Shown in pieces: positions 1 to 8,609 of a stretch of 64,000 nt of DNA. The stretch spans positions 11,710 through 75,709 of the forward strand of contig CALVNQ010000002.1 in assembly GCA_944349895.1 (NCBI GenBank), given 5' to 3'. The notes beneath the pieces were generated by a model. That model ran no database searches. It saw nothing but the letters and a program-made list of their open reading frames with translations, and was not told the DNA's origin. Source of the stretch: an uncultured Clostridia bacterium. Its GTDB lineage: Bacteria > Bacillota > Clostridia > Christensenellales > UBA1242. How positions within the stretch are numbered: position 1 is the stretch's first letter; every line of letters begins with the position of its first letter. The translations under genes and the position numbers were made by a program.

Positions 1-27
1 ACAAAAAAAGTTTTTTTAAACATTTTG

Positions 28-56
28 GAATACTTGACTCTTTTTCTTAATACATT
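28..56 (+). promoter_or_regulatory. sigma-E-type promoter candidate upstream of SipL-like gene
   Basis: GAATACT-14 nt-AATACATT compared with the Bacillus sigma-E consensus [TG][AC]ATA[AT][AT]-14-CATACA[AC]T. Matches 6/7 and 6/8. Confidence 0.3.
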
Positions 57-86
57 ATAGCGTAATCGAATTTTAGGGAGGAGAAA

Positions 87-1598
87 ATGGCATTCGAAAA
101 CAATAATTTTAAAGTTGTAAAAAAGTCGAGTTTACAAAAAAGTGAACAAAGTTTATCCTGTAAAATAAGTGCAGATGGAGAAATAGCTAAAGTTTTTGCT
201 GTTTCAATCAATCCAATATGTGAAAATCAAGAAATTAGCAACGGTTTGATATCTTTCAATGGTCATCTTGATATTTGTATGGTTTATCAACTCGAATCCG
301 GTGAAGTTGGAAGTGCCTTTTCTTCTTGTCCTTTTTCTTCCAAGTTTGAAGATGAATCAATAACGAACGGAGAAAAAGCCATTATTAACCTTAATGTTAT
401 TGATCATACTATTGAATCCATATCGAATAATGATGTGATTGTTGGCGTAACATTGGAACAAAGTGGACTTTTAATTCAAAATATAGAAATCAATTCTATT
501 TCTTCTAGTGATCAAGATGTTTGCTTAAAAGAAGATGAAATCAATGTCGTTCGCTTTGTTGGAAGTGGCAAACTAAACACAAGCGAAACCATGCAATATT
601 CCAGCAGAGATAAAATTAAGAAAGTTTTAGGTAGTGAAAGTTGTGCTATTGTTAAAAATGTGGAAGCCGGGGTTAATTTCGTTTCTGTTAGTGGCGATAT
701 TGTTACAAAAGTTTTATTTATTGATGAGAATGACAAGTTTGATTCTGCTCAAATTTTTGATTCTTTTAAAGAAGAGATTGAAATTGATGGGGTTAATCGT
801 GAAAATTTCGCAGAGGCTTTAACTCGAGTCGACATTAATTCTGTTAAAATCGATTTGGAAGATGATGAAAAAGGTAGCAAAATTTCAGTACAGATTCCTT
901 TAATTATTGAGGCTTTTGCTTATGAAGAGATTCCAATAAGCATTGTAAGTGATTTATATAGTACCAAATGTGATATGGAAATTGTGACAGAGTCTTTTGA
1001 AATGTCTAAGCTCTTTAATGTTGAATTTTTAGAGGGTAAAGTTGATGGTTCAGTAATGTTGGACGAAGATCAGCCGAGAGTGGATAAAATATTATTCAAT
1101 TTTGCCTCTTGCGCTCAAGTTACCAATGCTTATGTAGCAGACGGAGAGCTGTCTGTCGATGGTATTGCTAAAACAACGGTTGTTTATCTAAATGATGAAA
1201 ATAGTAGCCTCAATGCTGTCGAAATTGAAATACCTTTTTCAATTTCAGATAAAACCAAGGCAACAGACCAATCTACGTTACTAGCAAATGCTTTTCTTAC
1301 AGATGTTGACATAGCGATAAAGAAAGGTAGAGAAATAATTTTTGATGGGAAAATTAAAGCCGTTGTTAATGTCAATGACGATGAAGTGTCTGCTGTTATT
1401 TCCGATGTTAAAGCTGGTGATGAATACGGTGAAAGAGATTGCGCGATGCAACTTGTTTTTGCTAAAGCAGGCGACACTTTGTGGGAAGTTGCTAAAATGA
1501 ATAAAGTCCAAGAAAGTCTTATTATTTCTCAAAATCCCGATGTGTCTTTTCCTTTACAAGAAAATAAAGATATTGTAATTTTTTATCAAAATAAGTAG
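87..1598 (+). CDS. SipL-like sporulation morphogenetic protein (DUF3794-type body with C-terminal LysM-like module)
   Basis: 503-aa ORF with a strong SD (GGGAGGAG) just upstream of the ATG and no signal peptide. The body is acidic and beta-rich, as in DUF3794 proteins. The last ~50 aa (AKAGDTLWEVAKMNKV...DIVIFYQ) fit the LysM pattern. It lies next to spoIIR, as I recall sipL doing in Clostridioides difficile. Confidence 0.5.
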   Translation: MAFENNNFKVVKKSSLQKSEQSLSCKISADGEIAKVFAVSINPICENQEISNGLISFNGHLDICMVYQLESGEVGSAFSSCPFSSKFEDESITNGEKAIINLNVIDHTIESISNNDVIVGVTLEQSGLLIQNIEINSISSSDQDVCLKEDEINVVRFVGSGKLNTSETMQYSSRDKIKKVLGSESCAIVKNVEAGVNFVSVSGDIVTKVLFIDENDKFDSAQIFDSFKEEIEIDGVNRENFAEALTRVDINSVKIDLEDDEKGSKISVQIPLIIEAFAYEEIPISIVSDLYSTKCDMEIVTESFEMSKLFNVEFLEGKVDGSVMLDEDQPRVDKILFNFASCAQVTNAYVADGELSVDGIAKTTVVYLNDENSSLNAVEIEIPFSISDKTKATDQSTLLANAFLTDVDIAIKKGREIIFDGKIKAVVNVNDDEVSAVISDVKAGDEYGERDCAMQLVFAKAGDTLWEVAKMNKVQESLIISQNPDVSFPLQENKDIVIFYQNK

Positions 1599-1637
1599 TA
1601 TCATAAAAAGCTTGAATAATAATTTTTAAACAGTCAA

Positions 1638-1672
1638 AACTTCTTCCAATTAAAAGTTGGAGGAAGTTTTTT
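1638..1672 (+). terminator. intrinsic terminator after SipL-like gene; 3' arm contains the spoIIR SD
   Basis: 12-bp stem (AACTTCTTCCAA / TTGGAGGAAGTT, one G-U pair), 7-nt loop, T6 tract. The ATG of spoIIR follows directly. Confidence 0.7.
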
Positions 1673-2200
1673 ATGAAATGGATTGTTTGTTTTATTTGTG
1701 TGGTAATACTTGGAGTTTTAATTTTTTGTTCCCCTGTTTTAGCTGGAGAAGATCAAAATCAAGATTTTTTAAGAATTCATATAAGAGCCAATTCAAATTC
1801 TCAAGAAGATCAAGAGGTTAAGTATATGGTTAAAGATGCAATTGTCGAAGCTCTTATACCTTTGCTTGCTGATGCTAACACCAAAAATGAAGCTATAAAT
1901 ATTATCAGTCAAAATTTTGATTACATTGATAACGTTGCTAATAAAGTTTTAGAAGAGCAAGGTTTTGATTATAAGGGTCATAGCAGGCTGGATAACGAAG
2001 AATTTCCAACAAGAGTTTATGAAAATATTACATTACCGGCGGGGAACTACGATGCTGTTATAATTGATTTGGGTACGGGAGAAGGAAATAATTGGTGGTG
2101 TCTGGTTTATCCTGCTTTTTGTTTCACAAAAACACAAATTTCGACAAATTATGTTTATATTTCAAAAATTTGGGAAATTATAAATAGTGTAAACAAATAA
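1673..2200 (+). CDS. spoIIR: stage II sporulation protein R
   Basis: N-terminal signal/TM segment. Carries the family motifs LRIHIRANSNSQEDQ..K..VKDA and C-terminal NWWCLVYPAFCF. Confidence 0.8.
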   Translation: MKWIVCFICVVILGVLIFCSPVLAGEDQNQDFLRIHIRANSNSQEDQEVKYMVKDAIVEALIPLLADANTKNEAINIISQNFDYIDNVANKVLEEQGFDYKGHSRLDNEEFPTRVYENITLPAGNYDAVIIDLGTGEGNNWWCLVYPAFCFTKTQISTNYVYISKIWEIINSVNK

Positions 2201-2214
2201 AAAGGAGAAATTAG

Positions 2215-2892
2215 ATGAAAAAAAATATTATTGCTTTATTCTTAGCTTTAATTTTGGCTGTTTTGCCTTACGGTGTATTTAATTATATTACTGCTTGCAA
2301 TAGTAAGGGTGATATCACTTCATTAGAAGCTTTGACTGTTAATGAGAATAAAGCTGTTCAGCAAAAATTAAAAGAATTAGGATATTATTCTGGTTCTGTG
2401 GACGGAGTTTATGGGCAAGGAACTAGAAATGCAGTTATCGCTTTTCAAAAAGATAATGGGTTAACTGCTGATGGCATAGTGGGAGCAAAAACCGCAAAAG
2501 TTTTAGGTGTATCCTTGAATACTCAAGCAAATGCACAGTCTAGTAGCGATTTATACATACTTGCAAAAACTGTTTATGCAGAAGCAAGAGGAGAAGTTTA
2601 TGAGGGACAAGTCGCAGTTGCCGCTGTTATTTTAAATAGAGTTAAAAGTCCTGATTTCCCAAATACTATTTCAGGGGTTGTCTATCAACCGTGGGCGTTT
2701 ACTGCTGTGCATGACGGACAAATCAATTTAGAACCCGATTCAACTGCTTACAGTGCTGCCAAAGATGCTATGAACGGTTGGGATCCTACTTATGGTTGCG
2801 TTTATTATTACAATCCTGCAACGGCAACCAGTCAATGGATTTATACAAGAACCATTGTTGTTACCATTGGTAAACATGTTTTTGCAATATAG
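2215..2892 (+). CDS. sleB: spore cortex-lytic enzyme SleB (PG_binding_1 + SleB hydrolase domain)
   Basis: Signal peptide. Peptidoglycan-binding repeat LKELGYYSGSVDGVYGQGTRNAVIAFQ. Hydrolase core YAEARGEVYEGQVAVAAVILNRVKSPDFPNTISGVVYQPWAFTAV. Confidence 0.85.
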   Translation: MKKNIIALFLALILAVLPYGVFNYITACNSKGDITSLEALTVNENKAVQQKLKELGYYSGSVDGVYGQGTRNAVIAFQKDNGLTADGIVGAKTAKVLGVSLNTQANAQSSSDLYILAKTVYAEARGEVYEGQVAVAAVILNRVKSPDFPNTISGVVYQPWAFTAVHDGQINLEPDSTAYSAAKDAMNGWDPTYGCVYYYNPATATSQWIYTRTIVVTIGKHVFAI

Positions 2893-2910
2893 AATGTGGA
2901 GGTATAATTT

Positions 2911-4311
2911 ATGAAAAATAAATTTGATGATGTTTTAACTGTAGATCAAAAAGTACATAAAAAAAATAAGTGTTATAAAAGAGCTTTGGTTATAGGCTTG
3001 TCTGTTGCCGTCGGCATATTGGGATTGACTACCGTTGGATTTGCTACAGCTTTTGGTGTTAGTCAAACAAAAGCAAGTGAGTATGGCGTTCAGCTTGAAA
3101 ATGTATATCAAAAAAATTTATATGATTTAGTGGAAAGCATTAATAATACAGAAACTAAATTGAGTAAAATTTTGGCATCAAACTCTCCTAGTTTGCAAAA
3201 AAAATTGTTAGTTGAAGTTTCACAAAATTCACAACTTTCAGAAAGTTCGATAGCATCATTGCCTATATCACAGAACAATTTGGCAGATAGCGTGAAATTT
3301 ATAAATCAGATGGGTGGATATACTCAAACCTTGGCAGATGAACTAGGAGAAGGGAAAAGTTTAACCAGTTCTGATTTAGCCACGCTTGAGCGACTTCACG
3401 AAAGTGTTGTAGAGATAAAAGATCAAATAAATAAATTTGTTAGAAAGGTACAGAAGAATTATTCAATTTTGGATCAAAGCTTGCAAATAAATGGAGATTA
3501 CAATAATTTTACTGTTGAAATGTCTAAAATTGAAAATGCAGATGTTGATTATCCTGTTATGATATATGACGGCCCTTTTTCTGATTCAGAGACCGAGACA
3601 ATAGTTAAAGGATTGAAAGGTGATTTGTTTAGTCAACAACAATGTCAAAAAGAGGTCGAAAAGTGTTTTAAAAATTACGCCGATATCACTTACTCTGGAG
3701 AAATTAACAGTCGTTTTGAAACGTATACATATAATTTAAAAAACACCGACAATCAAAAATTGTTCGTCCAAGTTTCAAAAATAGGTGGACATATTTTAAC
3801 AGTTAGTGGGAGAGGAAGTGATGTTAAAGAGAATAATATTACAGAAAGTGAAGCAAAAAAAATAGCAATAGATTTTGCCATCGAAAATGGAATCGAAAAT
3901 CCGCAAATTGTTTGGCAAGATAGCATACAAAACCAAATATACTTGAATATTGCTCCAACAGAAAACGGGATAGTTTTATATCCTGATTTAGTAAAAGTCA
4001 AAGTTGATATGGCAAGTGGCAATGTAGTTGGTTATGATGCAACAAATTATTTCTTAAACCATGTTACCAGAGTGCTTGAAAAACCAAAACATAGTATTTC
4101 TGAATTTAGAAATAAATTACCTAATGGTGTTTCTATAAGAAATGAAAGAATTGTGCTCGCTCCTTTAGATTATGGACGAGAATTAATATGTTTCGAATAT
4201 GAATGTTTATATAAGGGTGCAACATATTATTTCTATCTGAATGCTGAAAATGGAAAAGAAGAAAATATTTTAAAAGTTATTCAAACCGATGATGGTAATA
4301 AATTAATGTAA
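2911..4311 (+). CDS. ypeB: germination protein YpeB (membrane-anchored, PepSY-type C-terminal repeats)
   Basis: 466 aa with one N-terminal TM helix. Lies immediately downstream of sleB, the conserved sleB-ypeB pairing. The C-terminal part resembles PepSY repeats. Confidence 0.7.
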   Translation: MKNKFDDVLTVDQKVHKKNKCYKRALVIGLSVAVGILGLTTVGFATAFGVSQTKASEYGVQLENVYQKNLYDLVESINNTETKLSKILASNSPSLQKKLLVEVSQNSQLSESSIASLPISQNNLADSVKFINQMGGYTQTLADELGEGKSLTSSDLATLERLHESVVEIKDQINKFVRKVQKNYSILDQSLQINGDYNNFTVEMSKIENADVDYPVMIYDGPFSDSETETIVKGLKGDLFSQQQCQKEVEKCFKNYADITYSGEINSRFETYTYNLKNTDNQKLFVQVSKIGGHILTVSGRGSDVKENNITESEAKKIAIDFAIENGIENPQIVWQDSIQNQIYLNIAPTENGIVLYPDLVKVKVDMASGNVVGYDATNYFLNHVTRVLEKPKHSISEFRNKLPNGVSIRNERIVLAPLDYGRELICFEYECLYKGATYYFYLNAENGKEENILKVIQTDDGNKLM

Positions 4312-4335
4312 AAAACGCTTAATTGCGTTTTTTTT
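4312..4335 (+). terminator. intrinsic terminator after ypeB
   Basis: AAAACGC-ttaatt-GCGTTTT followed by a T-run. Confidence 0.75.
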
Positions 4336-4368
4336 AAGCAAAAAATATTTTTGAAAAAAATACGGGTA

Positions 4369-4397
4369 TTGACATTTTACAAGATTCAAGTTATAAT
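4369..4397 (+). promoter_or_regulatory. consensus sigma-A promoter of the GLUG-protein gene
   Basis: TTGACA-17 nt-TATAAT. Confidence 0.65.
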
Positions 4398-4429
4398 TAA
4401 TTAGTATTAAGTTATATCCCGGAGGCTAA

Positions 4430-7400
4430 ATGAAAAGGCTTTTAATGTATTTGGTTGTTGCTATTGTGCTGGTTTCTGCTGGTTTTTCAATTTATTATGT
4501 CGTTAGAAATAATGAAGAAATTTATAGTTTAATTGCTGACGACCAAATTTTTTATATTAATGTTGGGGAAACTTTAGAAATTCCTTTAAAACGAGATAAT
4601 CCTTCTTCTTACACAGAGCTAACTTTAAATTCAGGATATGAAAGTTATCTACAAGTAGATTTAGACAATTGGACTTTGACGGGCATAAATGCAGGTATTT
4701 CAACTTTAACTTTTGTTTCTACTAATGAAAGATACAAAGGAGAAAAGTTTGAGATTCATTGTTATATTGGGAACGGATCAGTTTCTCATCCATATTACAT
4801 TAGAGATGAAAAAGATTTATTTAATATAGGTAAAGGTTCATGGCAATTATCTAATTATTATGAATTGACTTCAGATATTTATATTACAAAAGATAATATG
4901 TTGCCAATTGGCGTTGAATATAACCAGAACGGAGATTTAGTTTTAACTGAGTTTAGTGGATCTCTTTCAGGGGGATATGACAGATATAAAATTATTAATG
5001 CAAACATAATTCAAGGTGATTTAAATTATCCTTTGGGTGGTTTTTTTGGTAAAATTGCTCCTAGTGGAAAAGTTGAAAATGTTGTATTTGAAAACATTAC
5101 TGTAAATGGATATTTTAGTTATGCCGGGGTTATTGCTGGGGCTAACTATGGTCTTATTGGTATGTGTGAAGTTGTGAACTCTTCAGTGACAAATCTATAT
5201 GAAAAAGGCTTTACCGGAGGAATCTGTGGGTTAAATGAAAGGTTAAATGGAAGTGATTATTTCGCACAAGTGAACATATGTTCTTCTAATGTAAATATTG
5301 ATGCAAAATGGGTGGCAGGAGGAGCTGTCGGATATAACAAAGGTGGGGTTATATTTAACTGTTTAGTAAAAACAGATTCTCTACAGCTGAATACTTACGA
5401 CGGAGTTGATTCGACTTATTCCTATTTTGGTGGGATTGCAGGCATATCAATATGTGGAGTTGATGGTCAAAATTATTACGATAGTTACGTTTCTAATTGC
5501 CTCGCTTATATAAATAATATCTCATTAAGCGATTCACATGTAGCAGGTATATTTGGCGCTTACTATGGCGTTAGTGGGGCATACCAATCTCAAGGTAATT
5601 ATAATATGCTTTTCTATGTTGCTAGCTCAAATTTACCATTGTATTATATTTGTGACGATGAACAAATTATATCCGATAAAAATCCTAATTCTGCACAAAG
5701 CTATGGGAAGCAAATTTCTGTGGAAGAAGCATTGAAAAGAACCACATATATTTCCATACCTAATAATAGGTGGGATTTCGATCATGTGTGGGAAATAGAA
5801 GCAGATACGGCAATAAGAATTGGTTATAAGAGAATAGATGAAAATGAAATTACTTATCAATATTTTCCTTCAAACGGATCAACTTATGTTATAACAAATG
5901 CTGATGAGTTGAGCCAAGCTTTTGATTTAATGAGATCAAAGCCAACAAAAAATCTTGTTTTTGAAGTTACGGAAAGCATTGTTTTTGATGGGAATGATGG
6001 CATTTGGCAACCTATTGGAACAAAAGATCAGCCTTTTGCTGGACAATTCATTATGGACGATGATGTTACAATAACAATTAAAAACCTAACAATTCAAGAT
6101 GAATATGCTGGAATTTTTGGATATATAGCAGGGGTTAATACATTAATAAAGAATTTTATTGTTACTGATGTGAAAATTGAAGGCACCGTTGCTGGTGTGA
6201 TTGCCGGATTTAATAAAGACGCAACAATTGAAAATTGTCAAATATCTAATTTTGAAATTTATACAACAAAATATGCCGGCGGGATTGCAGGATATAATGG
6301 TGGAATAATAAAGGATTGTTTAATCAGTTCGAAGATTTCAACAGACGACAATGGTGAGATTATTGTTGATGATATAACTGGAGAACCTGTATATGAAAGT
6401 TCAGGATTCGGTGGATATATTGAACTGGCAGATGATTATTATGACACGGTTTATATAGGTGGTACTGTTGGGAAAAATATCGGCAGTGTTTCTAGCATAA
6501 TTTCAAATAAAATTGATATGAAGATTCTGGGCTCTTATGGGACTGTTTGTATTGGTGGATTGTCAGGGCTAAATGAAGGGGATATAATTGATGCTGACGT
6601 TAGCAATATGACCATTTCTGCTTCCGACTATAAAGGGAAAGCTTATGCAGGAGGGCTTGTAGGACATCAATCTGCCGGTAAAATAGTTTCAAGTATGGTT
6701 AATGAAACCAACAATATTAAATTCTTTATAGATAATCAAAATGTGTTGGCTGGGGGTCTTGCCGGATTTATAGAAAAAAATTCTGCAATTCAATATTGCG
6801 CAGTTGGGACAATGACAATTTCTGCTTATTCTGTTGGAGGATTTGTTGGCGTTTGCAATGGGCAAATTATTCAAAGTTATGTATCAGATTCTTGCGAAAT
6901 TTTAGGTAGATATGTTGGTGGTTTTACTTGTTCATTATCAGGGACGATAAATGATTGTATGACAGCTTGTAATATTAGTGGAAGTGAAATTGAAGCCGGA
7001 ATGACAGTTTATTTAAGGAAAAATTCTTTAATTAATTATTGTTATATTGCTCCTAAATTTCGTGTCTCAACTGAGAATGAAGGATTGCTTGGTTCTTTGT
7101 TAAACAAAAAAACATATGCAGAAACTTATTCTGCCTTTAGAGCTAGACCTGATAATTTTGGTAAAATAATTAATACTGTAATTGTAGGTGATTTTAAAAC
7201 AACCGATCTTTTAGGGTATACGATTTTTACTGATGATAAAATCAAGATTAACGAGCAAGAAGCTATCATTCAAACCTCTTTTCTTACATGGGCGATGGAT
7301 GTAATTGCCACAAATCTAGAGTATGTGCAAGGTGGTGCCACAGCACTTGTTAATCTTGGTTTCAACGAAGGCATTTGGAATTTCACATTAAATGGAAATG

Positions 7401-7453
7401 GTGTCTTTGCTTTACCTATAAAGGCGGCAGAAGTGAAGAATTTCTTTGCATAA
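4430..7453 (+). CDS. large membrane-anchored GLUG-motif repeat protein (predicted beta-helix surface protein)
   Basis: 1007 aa. N-terminal TM anchor MKRLLMYLVVAIVLVSAGFSIYYVV followed by an Ig-like segment. More than 10 recurrences of GG[ILF][AVTS]G motifs (GGIAG, GGLVG, GGLAG, GGFVG, GGLSG), typical of GLUG repeats. Confidence 0.6.
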   Translation: MKRLLMYLVVAIVLVSAGFSIYYVVRNNEEIYSLIADDQIFYINVGETLEIPLKRDNPSSYTELTLNSGYESYLQVDLDNWTLTGINAGISTLTFVSTNERYKGEKFEIHCYIGNGSVSHPYYIRDEKDLFNIGKGSWQLSNYYELTSDIYITKDNMLPIGVEYNQNGDLVLTEFSGSLSGGYDRYKIINANIIQGDLNYPLGGFFGKIAPSGKVENVVFENITVNGYFSYAGVIAGANYGLIGMCEVVNSSVTNLYEKGFTGGICGLNERLNGSDYFAQVNICSSNVNIDAKWVAGGAVGYNKGGVIFNCLVKTDSLQLNTYDGVDSTYSYFGGIAGISICGVDGQNYYDSYVSNCLAYINNISLSDSHVAGIFGAYYGVSGAYQSQGNYNMLFYVASSNLPLYYICDDEQIISDKNPNSAQSYGKQISVEEALKRTTYISIPNNRWDFDHVWEIEADTAIRIGYKRIDENEITYQYFPSNGSTYVITNADELSQAFDLMRSKPTKNLVFEVTESIVFDGNDGIWQPIGTKDQPFAGQFIMDDDVTITIKNLTIQDEYAGIFGYIAGVNTLIKNFIVTDVKIEGTVAGVIAGFNKDATIENCQISNFEIYTTKYAGGIAGYNGGIIKDCLISSKISTDDNGEIIVDDITGEPVYESSGFGGYIELADDYYDTVYIGGTVGKNIGSVSSIISNKIDMKILGSYGTVCIGGLSGLNEGDIIDADVSNMTISASDYKGKAYAGGLVGHQSAGKIVSSMVNETNNIKFFIDNQNVLAGGLAGFIEKNSAIQYCAVGTMTISAYSVGGFVGVCNGQIIQSYVSDSCEILGRYVGGFTCSLSGTINDCMTACNISGSEIEAGMTVYLRKNSLINYCYIAPKFRVSTENEGLLGSLLNKKTYAETYSAFRARPDNFGKIINTVIVGDFKTTDLLGYTIFTDDKIKINEQEAIIQTSFLTWAMDVIATNLEYVQGGATALVNLGFNEGIWNFTLNGNGVFALPIKAAEVKNFFA

Positions 7454-7458
7454 TAGAT

Positions 7459-7489
7459 AAAAAAACACATCAATTTGATGTGTTTTTTT
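7459..7489. terminator. bidirectional terminator between GLUG-protein gene and spoVG
   Basis: A-run, ACACATCA / TGATGTGT stem, T-run. The flanking genes are convergent. Confidence 0.8.
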
Positions 7490-7490
7490 A

Positions 7491-7760
7491 TTATTCTTCA
7501 ATTTTATTTTCTTTTTCGTAAGCTTCAAGTATTGTGTTTTTAAGTTCTTCTCTTGTTTCGGTATTGATTGGATGAACTATATCTTTATATTCTCCATCTG
7601 GTGTTTTCCTGCTAGGCATTGAAATGAACAACCCGTCTTTACCATTGATTATTTTTATATCATGCACAACAAGGCAATCATCAATGGTTATTGACGCAAC
7701 GGCTTTTAATTTTGTGTCTTCTTTGCTTACAAGTCTTACTCTTACATCTGTTATTTTCAA
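7491..7760 (-). CDS. spoVG: septation/sporulation regulator SpoVG
   Basis: [11 protein letters not shown]...[49 protein letters not shown] is near-canonical SpoVG. TTG start. Confidence 0.9.
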   Translation of the reverse strand: MKITDVRVRLVSKEDTKLKAVASITIDDCLVVHDIKIINGKDGLFISMPSRKTPDGEYKDIVHPINTETREELKNTILEAYEKENKIEE

Positions 7761-7859
7761 ATTACTATACCTTCCTTTTTAAGTCTCGCAATTATTTGCT
7801 GATATTATTTTATCAAAGTTTCTTAAAAAATCAAAACGATTTTACAAAGTGTCAAAAAA

Positions 7860-8609
7860 ATGTTGGCATTCATAAATAATGCTGTGTTATATAAATTTAA
7901 AGATACAAAAATATTTTATAAAAAGTTTGGTAACGAAAAAGGTGTTATTAATATATTTTTGCATGGTTGGGGGCAGTCAGCTAATTCTTTTGATGAAATT
8001 ATGAATCAGTTTGAAAATTTTAATAATTTTTTATTAGATTTGCCACCGTTTGGTAAAAGTGGGAAGATTAAAGATTGGGACATTTTTACATATGCTGATA
8101 TGGTTATTTCTTTTTGCGAAAGAAAAAAGATAAAAAAGTGCAATTTAATTGGTCATTCTTTTGGTGGACGTATTGCTGTCCTTATCTCTTCATTAAAACC
8201 CAACCTTGTTAACAAGCTGGTGTTAGTCGATAGCGCAGGAATGAAACCACATAGAAAAATTAATTATTATTTCAAAATTTATTCTTATAAGTTAATGAAA
8301 TTTTTTGGTTTGGGTCATTTAATATGTGGTTCTAGTGATTACTGTTTGCTTGAAGAAGACATGAAAAAAACTTTTGTTTCTATTGTTAATACTTATTTAG
8401 AAAATTATTGTTCAAATATAATAGCACCAACATTAATAATTTTTGGAGAAGATGATCAGGAAACGCCCATATATATGGCAATCAGATTTAATAAATTAAT
8501 TAAAAATTCGAAACTTGTATTGTTGCCTCATGCTGGTCATTTTTCTTTTGTTGATAGACCTATCGCATTTTGTTGTGAAGTTAAATCATTTTTGGAGGAG
8601 AATAATTGA
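7860..8609 (+). CDS. alpha/beta-fold hydrolase
   Basis: HGWGQS oxyanion motif, GHSFGG nucleophile elbow, and a C-terminal HAGHF histidine motif. Confidence 0.7.
   Translation: MLAFINNAVLYKFKDTKIFYKKFGNEKGVINIFLHGWGQSANSFDEIMNQFENFNNFLLDLPPFGKSGKIKDWDIFTYADMVISFCERKKIKKCNLIGHSFGGRIAVLISSLKPNLVNKLVLVDSAGMKPHRKINYYFKIYSYKLMKFFGLGHLICGSSDYCLLEEDMKKTFVSIVNTYLENYCSNIIAPTLIIFGEDDQETPIYMAIRFNKLIKNSKLVLLPHAGHFSFVDRPIAFCCEVKSFLEENN

Noticed and set aside
4430-7453. A possible DNA-level tandem repeat or CRISPR-like periodicity in the GLUG gene.
   Set aside because: The periodicity is at the protein-motif level only (GGxxG every ~25-30 aa). I saw no conserved nucleotide repeats with unique spacers, and no CRISPR array anywhere in the window.
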